Assembly: GCA_951406725.2 (NCBI GenBank)
Contig: OX597825.1
Coordinates: 48,050,001 to 48,114,000 of the forward strand
From: Octopus vulgaris
Lineage: Eukaryota
Length of the DNA stretch: 64,000 bases
Direction: 5' to 3'
This document shows positions 26,705-41,116 of the stretch, in pieces; the first letter of the stretch is position 1; each line of letters opens with the position of its first letter. Under the pieces are notes generated by a model. That model saw only the letters and a list, made by a program, of their open reading frames with translations. It made no database searches and was not told the origin of the DNA. Position numbers and translations under genes: made by a program.

Positions 26705-27375
26705 AAAATGGGTACAACATAGTAGCGTAGCTTTGTACTCTAGGTACCACCCAATGGTATAGTGTGCAACTGTATATAGGCACCATCTGGTGGATTAGTT
26801 TACTCCTGTTAATAGGTATCACATGGTGGTATACTTTGCCTCAGCTTGTAAGTGCCACGTAACGGAGAGTTTACCGCTCTAAGTAGGTACCATATGTTTG
26901 TATAATTTGCTAATTTATGCACTATGCGATGATGGTATAGTTTACTGCTGTGAGTACCATGTGATAGTATAGTTTACGTTTGTATGTACCACATAGTAGT
27001 TGTGTTTACAATTGAAAATGGGTACCTCATGGTTGTATGGTTTACTATTATATGTAGGTGGCATAAAGTGGTACGGTCTGGATAGATGGTAGAACAGTCT
27101 GATAGGATTTACCTGGATGTAAGACGACGCAATATTGTGGAATGCTCCTAAACTAGATACCACATGAAAGCAATGAGGTACCATAGGAAAGTATGATTCC
27201 TTATTACAACTAGGTACCATAGGGAAGTATAGTTCATTCTTATGTCACAGGAAAGTCTGGTTCATCGTTGTAGCTAGGTAGCACGAAAAGATACAGTCCA
27301 CCTACATGTAATGAAGTACCACATGAAAGTAATAGTTTGCCTAAATGTAACGATATACCACAATGTGATTTAGTT
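26705..27375. repeat. Degenerate minisatellite
   Basis: Recurrent AGGTACCACATGG..TATAGTTTAC motif at roughly 35-42 bp spacing. Confidence 0.6.
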
Positions 27376-28844
27376 CGCTGGACTGTTTATTTAAGTCTAT
27401 ACAAAGGGAAGATAGTCACTGAGTCTATTGAACTTTGCTATACAGAAGAAAAGTAAGCTGACATTTAATATTTCGTTTTTTTTTTTTCAACCATCTACAG
27501 TTCTTTAACAGTTACTGTTTGCAATACTACGTGATTAGAGCGTAAGAACATATCGGTGTTGGAGATGACAAACTAACTCGTACGAATGTGAAACTGTAAG
27601 TATTGATTAAATGATTAGAGAAGGAAGATAGCTACACATCCACGTCATAAAATAGTTAATTTAATTATAGAGCAGAAGTAGTCACATACTTAAGTAACGA
27701 TAATGCAGATTTGAGCCTTCAAATGTTTTCACCATCAGAAATAAATCTAGTTGTGTTAAATGAGAGATTAGAATAAATAATAGGGGCTAGTGAACATTGT
27801 TTGGCCAAACAATTAAAGGCGACAGAAGAGACTCGTTTATAATGCAAAAAGATTAAGATGGCGAGTTGAACTAAACAACTATCAGAGCGTTAAGAAGTAG
27901 GAGTAAATATTCATTATTTATCAACTTCGAGGTAATATCTTCTGCCCAAATTGAACGGGTCAAATAAAATTAAAAATAAAGAGTCTTCAAAATTCTGTCG
28001 ACAGACATGTTTGTTTTGACAGACTTGGAGATTGTGGTATCGTTAAAAATAATTCTGTTTGTTTCAATAAAATAAAATAAAAAATCTTGCTGGAATACGC
28101 TCAAAATAATACTCACTTTCTGCAGGCGACAGAACTTAACATCTAGATCCTAAGAACGAATATTTCATTCTAAAATATCATAAAGTTGATGTTAACAGAA
28201 ATTCATTCAACAATTAATTTACCGAATCAAATGATAAATAGGAAGACTTTACCGAAAGGTTTTAAATTTTAAAAGTTTCTAAGTTTGAGAGATTTAGCAA
28301 TCGTTATGTGCCTACAAACCAAAACTTAACTGAAATCCCTAGCCTAATTTGCATACCATGAATTCGTAGGCGGAGTAATTAAATGAATGAATGAATGAAT
28401 AAACATAGAAATTGCTCTAGGTACGCTTCGTGAGCAGAAGAACGAGGTGCACCTTGCAAAAAAGCTATGAAATATTTCAGGGCAATTTTCATTATTTTCC
28501 TGTATGCCAATGGAATAAAAGATGTTTTTACATCTTTTTACATTGAAGGCTTACACTGTAGATTTAAATACGTGAAATTAATTTTATATTTCCTCATTAG
28601 GAAATTCTGTAGTTAATGTTCACGTGGACGTCTATAAGGAAGAGTGGGAGGTAAGGGAATTCAAGAGTATCGACGTTGTGACGAATGATTGCACCTGTTG
28701 CTCTGTGGTTTGTAAGATTCTTGGCAATTAGTTGAATGGCCTTTATTTAGGTGTTGTCTAAAATGAATATGTGAGTATAGCAGGAGTATCACTATCCTAA
28801 ATATAGGAGCAGTGCATCATTATGGATTTAGAATTGTTGTGTGA

Positions 28845-30875
28845 GTAAAGCAGAGGAGGGGTCATGAGGGAGTGGCATTGCTGGTGAGTGATCGTGTGCA
28901 GGAGAGTGTGATGGAGTGGAGGGAAGTTGAGTAAATATTTTATAAAAGATAAAAAGATGTTTTGGAAAGATGTACGGAGGGTAAGGAAGGTGGTTGGAGG
29001 AAGGAAATAAAGGTGAAGGATGTAAATGGAAATTTGTTAAAGGGAAGTGAGGATGTACAAAGGAGACGGGCAGAGTATTTTAGTGAGCTGTTAAATATGG
29101 AGGATGATGGGGAAGCAAGTAAAGTGGCTGTAGGAGGAGAGAGGAGAATGCTTGTTGTTGGGGAATAGAACTGTGGTGCAACTAAAAGGGAGGAGGTGAG
29201 AGAATCCTTGCGGAAGAATGCAAACCAGAAGACGCCAGGTATAGATGGGTGTACAGTGGAATGTCTAAAGAAGGAGGAGTGGTTAGTGAGGCTTATGAAT
29301 GTTTGTTATATGGCTGGAAGAGTACCAAAGGACTGCTGCAGTGCCTGTATAGTACTACTGTACAAGGGGGACAGGGAATAAATGTGAGTGTGGAAATTTT
29401 AGCGAGTATAAGTCTGTTATGTGTGGTTGGTAAACTGTATGGAAGAATTCTGATTGTAAGGATGAGGAACCAGACATAGAATATAATAGGGGAGGAGTAG
29501 TGCGGTTTTAGGAGTGGAAGGGGGTGTGCAGATCAGATATTTGTATAAGGCAGATGTGGGGAGGGATGTATATTGGGCCTTTATAGAGAACGCATATGAC
29601 CGTGTGGACAGGGATGCAATGTGGCGGGTGTTGCGGTTGTATGGAGTAGATGGTAGATTGTTGAGAGCTGTACAGAGTTTCTATAGAGAAAGTAGGGCAT
29701 GCGTTAGGGTGGTTGGTGAAGTGAGTGAGTGGTTTGATGTGAAGGTGGGGTTAAGACAGGGTTGTGTGATGTCTCCGTGGCTGTTTAATTTATATATGGA
29801 TGGTATGGTGAGGGAGGTGACTGCTAGAACCTTTGGTAAGGGATCCCAAATGGTGGGGAAAATGGAGAGAAATGGTAGATGAGTCAGTTGTTTGCCGATG
29901 ATACATCACTGGTGGTGGATTCGGAAGAGCAACTGAGGAGACTGGTGGTAGAATTTGGAAGAGTGTGTGAGAGGAAGAAACTGAAAGTGAACGCAGCTAA
30001 GAGTAAGGTGATGAGATGTTCGAGAGATGGAATGGCTGGTAGGATGAATGTGAGTATAAATGGTGAAATGTTACAGGAGATGAGTGTCTTTAAGTATCAG
30101 GCATCACATGTGACGGCGGATGGTGGGGATTGGCTGAGGAAGTGGGACATAGAGTGAGGGAGGAGAGTAAGATACTTGGAGTTGTGAAAGGTATGTTGAG
30201 AGATAAAAGGTTGAATATGAAAGCGAAATGAGGGCGTGATCGTGCCGACAATGTTATATGGTGCAGAGATGTGGGGTCTAAGAGAGGCAGAAAGGTGACT
30301 AGATGTGGTTGAGATGAGATGTTTGAGGGCTATGGTTGGTGTGACACGGATGGACAGGATTAGCGATGAGGAGGTGCGAAGGCGAGCAAGAATGAGAGAA
30401 AATCTATGTATCAGAATGGACAGACGAATGTTGGGGTGGTTTGGCCACACGGAGAAGATGGATGAGAAGCGGATGGTAAGGAGGGTGATGAAGACGGAAG
30501 TGGTAGGTAGCAGAACCTGAGGCAGACCTCGGTTTGTGTGGATGGATGGATGGATGGATGGATGGAGTGAGGAAAGTTAGAGATGTTGGAGTGAGAGAAG
30601 CAAGAGAGTTTATAAATGATAGGAAAGCTTGGAGAGTGTTTGTGGACAGATGATTGAATTGATGTTGCTCAAACGGGTACGGAACCAGCATGATGCGGCG
30701 GGGGTAAACCAGCACATGCTGTCGGGCCCCACTGCCGATATCGGGGGTTGCGTTCTATGCCTTGATCCGAACAAAGGGCGGGGCTCGCCTCTATGAGCTG
30801 GGAAATGAATGGAATGCCTAGTGTATGTCTTGCTGTGGCTACTCCTTCCTATGGGGAATAGGTCTTGGTAAATAA
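28845..30875 (+). mobile_element. Decayed RTE-like LINE with internal deletion
   Basis: Endonuclease remnant GVALLVS then RT fragments ISLLCVVGKLYGRIL, AYDRVDR, GLRQGCVMSPWLFN, LFADD, LGWFGH. Confidence 0.85.
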
Positions 30876-31554
30876 AAACTACTAATCTTGATTGGAGAGC
30901 AGTAATCTATTGTGAGTTTATAATGTTTATGTGAACATAGCAGGAGTATCATAGCAGAAGTGATACTCCATTGTGGGCTTTGCGTAAAAGTGTATAATTG
31001 CTGAAGGTGGGAGTATGTGGGTGAAGTATGTTTTCTGGCTCGCCAGGAAAAATGCTTAGCGGCTATTTCTTCCGACTTTACGTTCGTAGTTCAAATTTCG
31101 CCGCGGTCGATTTTGCTTTTCAACGTTTCGGGGTCGATAAGATAGGTACCTGTTGAACACTGGGATTAATGTAATCAGCTTATCCTTGTGCTAAAATTTT
31201 AAACCAATATTTAAGTGGTTGCAGCGGGAGATAACGTTCGCAGGACATTGGGATCTTTTTTGACATGTGTAGAGATTGCATTTTTGTGCAGTTGAATGAT
31301 TGACGTACACCCCTCCCAACCCACTGGGTTTGAGGTTTTTATCCATGGAAGGTGTGTAATTTTATTGCAGGACATCTAGTTTGCGTCTAGATAATGTCTG
31401 TGTGTCCAAGGTTAGAGAAGAGTGGTATAACCGCGCTAGTGGCGGAGACATACAGATTTGATATTTAGTGCATTGTGTAATGTGATCTGGCAAGAATCTT
31501 TTAAACCAAGAGATAAGACAAAGAAGTCCTTAAAGTATGTAGTTGAGTTCGTAA

Positions 31555-31950
31555 AGTATCATCGGACACATGGTTAAAGGCGTTGCTGATGTCACCTAAC
31601 ATTAGCGCAGTTCCACTTGTGACTGACACAGGAGAGCAGACCCCAAGTAGCGATGACCACGGATGAGCGGGAAAGAAATTCAATGACCCGGAGAAGGTAA
31701 ATGCTCTTCCGGAGTACCAACCGTTTTTTTATATTACAGTTATATAATGATTAGTATCATCGGACACATGGTTAAAGGCGTTGCTGATGTCACCTAACAT
31801 TAGCGCAGTTCCACTTGTGACTGACACAGGAGAGCAGACCCCAAGTAGCGATGACCACGGATGAGCGGGAAAGAAATTCAATGACCCGGAGAAGGTAAAT
31901 GCTCTTCCGGAGTACCAACCGTTTTTTTATATTACAGTTATATAATGATT
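31555..31950. repeat. Perfect 198-bp tandem duplication
   Basis: 31555-31752 identical by eye to 31753-31950. Confidence 0.9.
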
Positions 31951-33439
31951 AAGCTGTAATAATACGAAGGAATGTTTTAGGTAAGATGTGTGATAGTTTG
32001 TTGTGAGATATGAGAAGTGTGGGGGGAATGGGGGTGGTTGTGTGAGATATTAGACATTACATGGGATGACGTATGAATCAGGGTACATACGTACAGGAAC
32101 GAAATTTGCTTAGGGAGTGCACACTCGGCTTTTCAGAAGAATGTTCAAAGCGTTTTCATTGCCTCATAAAAGTTTCAGGAGATGCCCTTACACCCCCTGC
32201 ACCCCCTGTTCCCGAGCTTGTGTTAGAGTACTGAAGAGGTGATAGAAACGGTAAGCATACAGCTATAGTGGAAGGGGTCATAAGTGAAGTAAGAGGTAGG
32301 GTAAATAGGTGAGGTAATATTACTAAGTAAGTAGAAGTGCATCTTATGATGTGAGTTATAACGTGGGGCTGAGACGGAAGCTATAACTGTAGGATATTAC
32401 TGTTATTGTTGGTAGAAGAGAAGGAAGAGAGTAGTAAAAAAGGGGGGAGTAGTAGTTAGAGAAAGACAGAAAGAAAGAGAAGGAGAGAAGGATGTCGTAT
32501 TGAGAAGGTGATAGAAAGAGTAAAAGTAGACTTGAGCAGGAAGTGGAGATGAGAAGACGGGAAAAGAGATAACGGAATTAAGGAAAGGAAGGACAAATGA
32601 AGAACCACAACGTTGAATAGGGGGCAAGAAGGAGGGATGGATGGAGAGAGAGAGAGAGAATTACACAGTGATTCCACACACAATTATTCTTCCCAGTTCC
32701 ACAGTATTCCATCCATCTAAACTAGTTGTTGGACAAGAAAAATCGCAATGATTTGAAGAACTATGCAGCTTCTTTTCGATGTCAAGTGGATTCTTTTAGT
32801 CTGGTTAAGTTCATATATTCTTTATCTCCTTCTCTCATTTTTCTTCCTTTCCTTCTCTCCTTTTTTCTTCTTCCTCTCCTTCCTCCCCTTCTTTCTCTCC
32901 TATTTTTCTCACTCCAATATATTTTCTTTCCTCCTTTCTCAATTCCAATCCCCACCATAATCACTAACAGATCTTGTTTGGTAACTCTGTACATCTAATA
33001 AAATTCATCCGTTTAAACATTTATCACACAAATAAATAACTAGATATTCAGATTTTAAAACCACCACCAACAACAACAATCGCGTATAAAAATATTAAAA
33101 CACGTCATCAATGAGTAAAAATAGAGTTAAAATATGTGTTTGGGGCGAAATTATGAAAGAAAAATACTTCAAAGGAAGATTTCTGTTGGAAAAGATGGTA
33201 AAAGTGGAGAAAGAATTCTTACATTTCTAATCTGTCCTCGCTTTTTGTAAACCAAATTTGGAAAAGTGAATTAACTGTTGTAATGAGATTAGATTATTCA
33301 GTCTGAGATTAATTTCTGCCAGACAAACGAAATATCATTAATAATGAGATTATGGTTCAGCGCAATTCCTGAATATTTTCATTGTTATTTGCTACTTTCC
33401 AAAAGGGAAAAAAGAGAATGAAACAAGTAAGACACCAAA

Positions 33440-33700
33440 GGACTGTTCTACACATACACAGACCGAAAAGAATATTTCCACGCACACAAGAAATGTTTCA
33501 CAGAGAATTACTCTACAACAAAGGATTGTACCACACCATAAGAATCTTCACATACAAGGATTTTCCTCCAACACATAGAACGTTTCCACACCCACAAGGA
33601 ATATTCCACACAACCATAAAGGAAGTTCCAGCAAGAAGATATGTTTCCACGCACAAAAATGTTGACACGTCCTTAAGGAATGTTCCACATACAAACCTAT
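33440..33700. repeat. Degenerate ~22-bp minisatellite
   Basis: Recurrent TTCCACACACACAAGGAA-like motif. Confidence 0.5.
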
Positions 33701-34152
33701 ATATTTTGGTCCTGATGCAACAAAAATCGATCGTTAATAATGCCGTAGCTTCAATGTTCGAGATGTTCTCAATGGTTTCTCTCGCAAAAGCACGTCAACG
33801 ATAGACACTCTGTGATATTACAACTTACTCCAAAGTATTCTCTTTATGAGCAAAAAAGGCTTTCATATTCCCATATGTTTTTAGAATTTAGTTTTTATTT
33901 TATTTAAGTGACTTCTTTTAACGAGACAGAAAAACCATTTGATTTTGATTTGAGACTGGGGGTGATTGAATTAACAGAGTATCTTTTAAAGCATTGATCC
34001 TTGAATGATACAAAAAAAAATCTGGATCCTAAAATTTTCGATAGGGTTTAAACTAAATTTCAAAATCAACAAAACTATACTATCGGCTATGTATAATTCT
34101 GATTCGCGATAAGGTCAAAGATCGTCTCTAAACCGAGAAAATGAAGACAAGA

Positions 34153-34195
<43 letters not shown>

Positions 34196-34200
34196 GCTAC

Positions 34201-34234
<34 letters not shown>

Positions 34235-34725
34235 GCTGCTGCCGCCGCCACTGCTGTTGCTGCTGCTGCATTGCTGTGAATTAAGTCAGGGGGTGATGTC
34301 CTTTATAATCGCTTTCGTGAGACAAAGGCAGTAACCATAACTGTTTTTAGAGTCTGATGAGAGGAAAGGTAAGTGATATAATCTCAATGTTTATGAGGAA
34401 ATGGACTCTGCTAAAGGTACCCAAACGCTAGGTTGATGATATTGAATTAGCCGGCATGTTAAATGTAGTATTCATTTCCTTTCTCCAAATTCCACTCGAA
34501 ACACTTTGGTGGACCCACAGCGCTGGTACAGACATTTGACCCAAAATAACGCGCGTTGGAATCGAAACCGAAGCCCTGTCTGTTTTATGCCTACATGCCG
34601 AAATAGCCCTGCTTTTGTATCCCAGTGTAAGCTTTTCAAACCAATTCTATAAATAAAAAACTTAAGAATGAATATATTTACTTTTAGAGAAACTACCAAA
34701 TGTATGTATGTAACTATCTATGTAA

Positions 34726-34779
<54 letters not shown>

Positions 34780-35268
34780 TTCATGGAAGAAAACAATATA
34801 TTAAATAACTATTCATTCCCAGCTCACACACACATGCATATATATACATATATATTTCAAGAGAGAGAGAGAGATTTAGTCAACCCTTCTACTTTTTACC
34901 TGTTAGAAAGTTTTGTTAGTTTTAATGGAAGACAATGTATTAAATAAACATTATAGTTAGTAAACATTCCTGCCTTATATACTTGATACGAGGTGGTGGT
35001 TGTCGTTGTCGTTGTTGTCTTGTTGGTGATGAATGTGATGGTGGTCGTGGTGGTAGTGATTGTGGCGCTGGTATTAGTGTTAAGCCACCAGGATTGAGCA
35101 AACCTATGATCAACAACCTTTCCATCCTCGACCATCCCATATATATTGGGCAGTAGCTAGGTGACTACACAATCAAATTTCTGCTTGCTTGTTTTAATTG
35201 TGAAATGCAAAGAGATTTGATTGTTATGTTTAGGAACACCAGTGACCACCTGAATTCATACTTTAACC

Positions 35269-35600
35269 CAAAGGCTCTCAAGCTTTTGGGGCTAACGCCC
35301 CCCTCATGGCCACATAGTCCCTTCAGCGCCCCATCTCTATCTTTATGTATGAATAAATATTTTACATTTTACTAATTTATATATACTATGAATCATTTGA
35401 TATTTAATATAATATATAATTTGTATACAATACTATAATAATATTCTAAAAAATTCATAGCGTCCCCCAATCCACTGCCTTCCTCCCAACGCTTCCTTTT
35501 TCTCTACCGCCACACTCCACCGCCCCTCTAGGCACCAACAACCACCTGGACTATCTCAACGACCACTGAGGGGCGGTAGCGCCCACTTTGAGAACCTATG
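35269..35600. mobile_element. hAT-type MITE
   Basis: Ends CAAAGGCTCTCAA / TTGAGAACCTATG; 8-bp TSD CTTTAACC / CTTTAAAC. Confidence 0.7.
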
Positions 35601-35718
35601 CTTTAAACTAATCAAATCAGTTGGTCAATAAATGTTATTTTGTTAGTAGCAGTAGTAGTAGGGTAATGATGGGGTGGGGTGGCAGCAGCAGCAGCAATAG
35701 TAGTAGTAGTAGTAGTAT

Positions 35719-35795
<77 letters not shown>

Positions 35796-36457
35796 ATAAA
35801 CCACCAGGTTGATTCATATCAAGCAGACCTATGATCAAAGGCATTCCAACAATAATCAAGTTTATTTAGGAAGAATCTAGAACTACAGTGTCTAACACGC
35901 TCTTCTGTATTTTAAAATGTAGGATGTTACATAAGATGCATTTGGCTGCTATTTATGCCAGGTCAAACGAGAATCTGCCAGTGACTCCTTGTATTATCAT
36001 GTTGCTAAAAATTGCGCTCAGTCATCACTGTCCAAATTAATTACAATCTACCCAGTATAATGATGACGACACGATGAGGATTCTGCGAGTGAGTGATATC
36101 ATCCAACAAAATGTAAAATATATTTTCCTTGAAATTCTAAATACATCTCAATTTTCAACAGAATTTACGCGATTTAATTTTTTTTGTGCTGACTAAAGGA
36201 GTATGTATACATACACATTCTCACATACACATATACACATACATACACATTTATATACATATACACAGACGTATATAAGTGGGCTAATGTGCGTGTATAT
36301 ATACATGTGTATGTGTGTGTGTTCTAAATGACACCTGTTTACGTAAAGGTTATATGAGATAAAGAGATCAATGAAGGTGTATCCACTAATATTTTTGAGT
36401 ACCATTTGTCTACAGGACACACACACACGCACGCACGCACACGCACGCACGCACACG

Positions 36458-36497
<40 letters not shown>

Positions 36498-36820
36498 AAT
36501 GGTACACATATAGACGCCACATATGCACGCATTAAAGATATATACGCACATAAACACACATCGGTTTCCAGAAAAGGTGTGATTTCGAATGAAGCATAAA
36601 GCAAGAGACTTAAATAATGGCAACGTCACCCTTTATTACGTTTCTGTAGTCAGGAAATTCGAGAGGAACAATATTCTATCATATATTTGCGTGAGATTCT
36701 TTAAAATGTTTTTCCGAACTTTAGTATACAAAAAGGAAATAGAATTGATATTGTTATCAGATCCGAAAATTTCCCTCCTCAAAATCTTGTCTCAGGAATC
36801 TATACAGCAACTATTTGGTA

Positions 36821-37682
36821 CTAGTAGTATAACCCGGCCTTGCCCGGGATTAAGTTACGATTATTAAGCTAATCAAGTTCTTTATTTCAAACCAAACAAA
36901 GTAATATAGACGTCAAATTTGGGCAAAATCCGTTGAAATTAGTTATATTATATATATATTATATATATATATAATATAAATATATATGGCCAACAGACAC
37001 GAACACACATACACACACGTACGTACACTTATTGCATGTTTTGTGCACGCATACATGTTCATAAACAGAAATGAATGGAAAAAATGTTGTTAAATTTATA
37101 GATTAGCACTCGCACGATTTTCACTAAAGTATATATACTATGATTATAAAATATAGTGTCTTTCAAAAACAAAAAAACAAAACGTTTTATTTTTTATGAA
37201 CGTCATAACTTACTCTCTCTGTCTCTCCCTCTCTCACTTTGTCTTTCTCGTGAAACTCTCTGCCTTCTTCTTCCACTTTTCTTTACCTTTTTTTGTTAGA
37301 CGCCATCAAAAAAGCTAAGGCTGTTTATGAACGTCATAACTTACTCTCTATCTCTCTCCCCCCTCTCTCTCTCCCTCTCTCACTTTGTCTTTCCTGTGAA
37401 ACTCTCTGCCTCCTTCTTCCACTTTTCTTTATCTTTTTTCATTGTTAAACGCCATCAAAAAAGCTAAGGCTGATATTTTTCGTGGCTAAAAGCTATGTCT
37501 GAAAATAGATATTTACGCTATCCACGGGTGCCTCGGGGAAAAAAATAAGTTGACAAAACCCAGATAAGGTGTTGACAAATGTCCTAAAATTGGAGCAACA
37601 TGCGTACTAATTTGTGGACGTGCATAAATTACAATCACCTACACACACACACGCACACACATCCTCCCTTTTATAGATATGA
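36821..37682 (-). mobile_element. Non-autonomous Helitron-like element
   Basis: On minus: A|TC start at 37682, hairpin CCCGGGCAAGGCCGGG, CTAG|T end at 36821; internal tandem repeat 37193-37323 / 37324-37472. Confidence 0.72.
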
Positions 37683-37984
37683 TTAAAAGGCCTGTATATA
37701 TTCAACTATTACATAAAAGGGCTTAAGAAACTTTCCACTTTAAAAGGTACCCTGAAATATTTCTTTAAAGTATCTTTAAAGTACCTGTAAAGTGCTACGG
37801 CCACATCAGAACCGTCTGCATAAATCTCTTTTTGATGCATCGACTAATTATACTACACACACTGAATATACAGCGACGGCAATAACCAGAAAACATTCGA
37901 TTGCAAAGATATGGTCTTTACTATGGAATGGCCAAGGATCTGCCCCATTATGGCCGCAGTTTAAAGACTAAAACAAATGAAAGA

Positions 37985-38015
<31 letters not shown>

Positions 38016-38054
38016 TGTATGTATGTATGTATGTATGTATGTATGTATGTATGT

Positions 38055-38335
38055 TTCTTCTGTATTTAGTCATTTAGATTCTTCCTCTGAGGAAGGAGTT
38101 GGTTTCTAACAAAGATACCAAACTCCATTGGTGGAAATGTTGATAACGAACACAGTTACATTTTAAAACTTGAGAGAAGTCTTGCATAGTTTTACTGTTC
38201 CGCTGACAGATTGTATTTATAATGTGCGAATCAGTTGGTTGATTTCTTCTGCTTATCCAGACTGACAGTTTGACATTTATTTACAAAACCAAGTGCTCCA
38301 ATTATTATTGGTATAAATGTAAATTCGTAATCACG
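38055..38335 (-). mobile_element. 3' end of CRE-like (restriction-like endonuclease) LINE between TATG-type repeats
   Basis: DYEFTFIPIIIGALGFV; homologous to 57664-58200. Confidence 0.6.
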
Positions 38336-38404
38336 TACATATGTATGAATGTATGTATACATGTGTATATATGTATTTGTGTGTGTATATGTGTGTGTGT
38401 TTAC

Positions 38405-38990
38405 ATGGTGATTGCCCCATCTTGACTGATGATTGCCGTTTCTTTGGGCTTTCTCGTTGTCTGGCATTTCTGACTTTCCGTCCATGACTTCTGAGATGAC
38501 AATTCAGTCCCGTTGCTGATTTACATGGTTTGAAACATTGGTGGCAGACAAAAGTTGTAACTTCGGTGTTAAGATAAGAATCTTGTCGCATATATTCACG
38601 TTCACACTGTGCGCTTTCAACTAGTTAGGTCAGCACACACCGTCACTCTTTCATCGCACTCTTTCATTTGATAGATGGAATGACAAATGAGGTCACCATA
38701 AACAGACATCTGTATGTCATTGCATTATAGTGATAAACGATCGTACATCATGAGCGCCACTGAGCTTCTACGATTACTGCCTGGTGACAGGCTGAAGCAA
38801 TTTTACATCAACCACAGATTTTACATCAGAACGTTCTCATCTAGAAGGATACTGTAACAACAGCTAAGAGTCCTCCATTTCCAGCTATTGGAATGTCGTG
38901 GAAACAACAGAGTTCACCTGTCTATGAGAAATTTTGTTTTTCGTCCTGCAAGATGTCCAACGAAAGCCATCCTCTTTAGGGTTACCTGAG
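38405..38990 (-). mobile_element. RTE-like LINE 3' fragment
   Basis: C-terminal C2H2 motif FVCHQCFKPCKSATGLNCHLRSH. Confidence 0.6.
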
Positions 38991-39026
38991 ATATACATAC
39001 ACACATACACACATATATATACACAA

Positions 39027-39066
<40 letters not shown>

Positions 39067-41116
39067 GAATATGACCACCTTTTGAAGTTCTTTCTTGTTT
39101 CTTCCTAGGTTACTCTACCTTTTTGTCATGGACTTCGACAATGACGAAAACTTGTTTAGTATCACCTCACTTCTAAACAGTGAGAGTACTTCAATGGTGG
39201 ATGTAACCGTGTTGGCGATCAGATTATCATAAATATACCCGCCTATACAATATGTATCGTGTTCCCTTTTGAACGAGAAACTCCAAAAGAGGCGGTATTT
39301 CATTGTTGCAGATGCATATCATACACTAACCATCGCAACAAAATGACTCATCGTCTGATTGTGCTTCCATAGTATCCAAGAATTTACCAGGGCTTGGAGA
39401 AAGTGGGGTGCAAAAGGTATCTAAATATCAAACTTTATAGTGACAAAAGTATATACACCACAAGTGCCGTTCTATAAATATTTAGACAGCAAGTTGACTA
39501 CAGACATGTCATATTTTACGTAGGAACAGTTTTCTTCTTTGAAGTAAATATATACGTGTATACACGTACATGCATAAATACCAATATTGGATATATTCAT
39601 ACAAACGTACATTTACTTACATGCGTGCATATATATTTACAAACATTCGTCCACACGCAGACATACATACGTACACACACACACATGCATACACACACAT
39701 ATTTAAATAGCTTCTATCTATATCTATAAATAATATGAAATATAACTATAAAAGAGTTTGCATGTGTATGTGTGCGTGTGTGTGTGTGTGTTAGCGTATG
39801 TTCCTTATGCATTCCAAAACCGAGTTGCCTATTTTCCCTATGGGGTATCAGAAGATTCAGTAAGATTTTGGCTACCAACTAAACTATATTTTCATTCACT
39901 TATTTGCATTACAAAAATTTAACATTATCATTTTTCTATTAACCACCTATCTTAAATGACATTTTATATCAGCACCACAACGACGATGACGTCACATTTT
40001 CTATATGAGTATGTTCGCACGTTCGTTACCTACGTTAGGCCGATGACTGACAAGTATGTGTGTGTGACGGTGTATGTGTCTGTCACTATACATACATTTT
40101 TTGTGACGACTGACACACACACACAAAGACATCTAAAGATAGAGACGCACACACACGGACAGAGATAGGCTTCAGGTGTGCGTTAATGTAAGTCTCTCTC
40201 TCTCTCTCTCTCAGTTTATGTATGTAACTTCTCATCACCACCACCATAACAACAACAACAGTGAAACGCGCCAATATTGAAAGTTTACTTGTGGCCTGGA
40301 CTTCAAAAAAACAACAATGTTCACTAACAACATGAAGATCTGTCTGATTTAACACCACTCACAATACTCGCAAATATATCTGAAAAAATATTATTCTGGT
40401 TATTATAACAAATTCGGAAAGTTGGCGAAGGAGAAAGCCTCAGCGGCTCATTTAGTATAATTACAGAAATGTTATTCCACTCCTGCTATTCTATTCTACT
40501 CCTGCTAACCGGTTTCAAGATAATGCTTTTTTAACAGTCCTTATATTCTTCATCACTGTGAGTATCAACGTCGCACAACCTTTTAACTGCGTTAGTCAGT
40601 ATTTATTCTACAGCCTATAACGTTGCACAGTTCAAAAATATATAGTAATATCAAATTAATTTATATCTTGCTACATACATCCTTCAGCAAACATTTTGAA
40701 TGAACGTTCACAACAGAATCTTCCTTTTTATACACTTGGTTCAGCGTTCGTTTCAGAATTGTAAAATAAATTATTTTTGTATGAAAAATTTAATTCTGCC
40801 TTCTGAATTTTCTTGGACTTTCACTTTCTTCACCATGACATTCATTCACTCGTGAATTTTATAACATTTAGTACACGTTCCAAATAAATGTTGACTTTCT
40901 GCCCTTTCTTACATTGGTGACGCATACTAACTTTTGCTAAACTGGTGACTTACCATTTTTTATAGCATAACTATGCTAAAAGAAAGTATGTGTTGCACCT
41001 ATATTAACTACATTTCGTTTTGCTTAAACTTCGTCTGTGTACGTTTTACTGTTTTCAGTATTATCAATTCTATGCGTGTGTGTGTGTTTCTGCGTTCGTT
41101 GTGTCTCTATAGCAAA

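Noticed and set aside
25993-27375. CRISPR-like repeat array
   Set aside because: Degenerate contiguous minisatellite units without unique spacers; eukaryotic context; no cas genes
39712-39900. Helitron-like 5' end
   Set aside because: No matching hairpin-CTAG 3' end found
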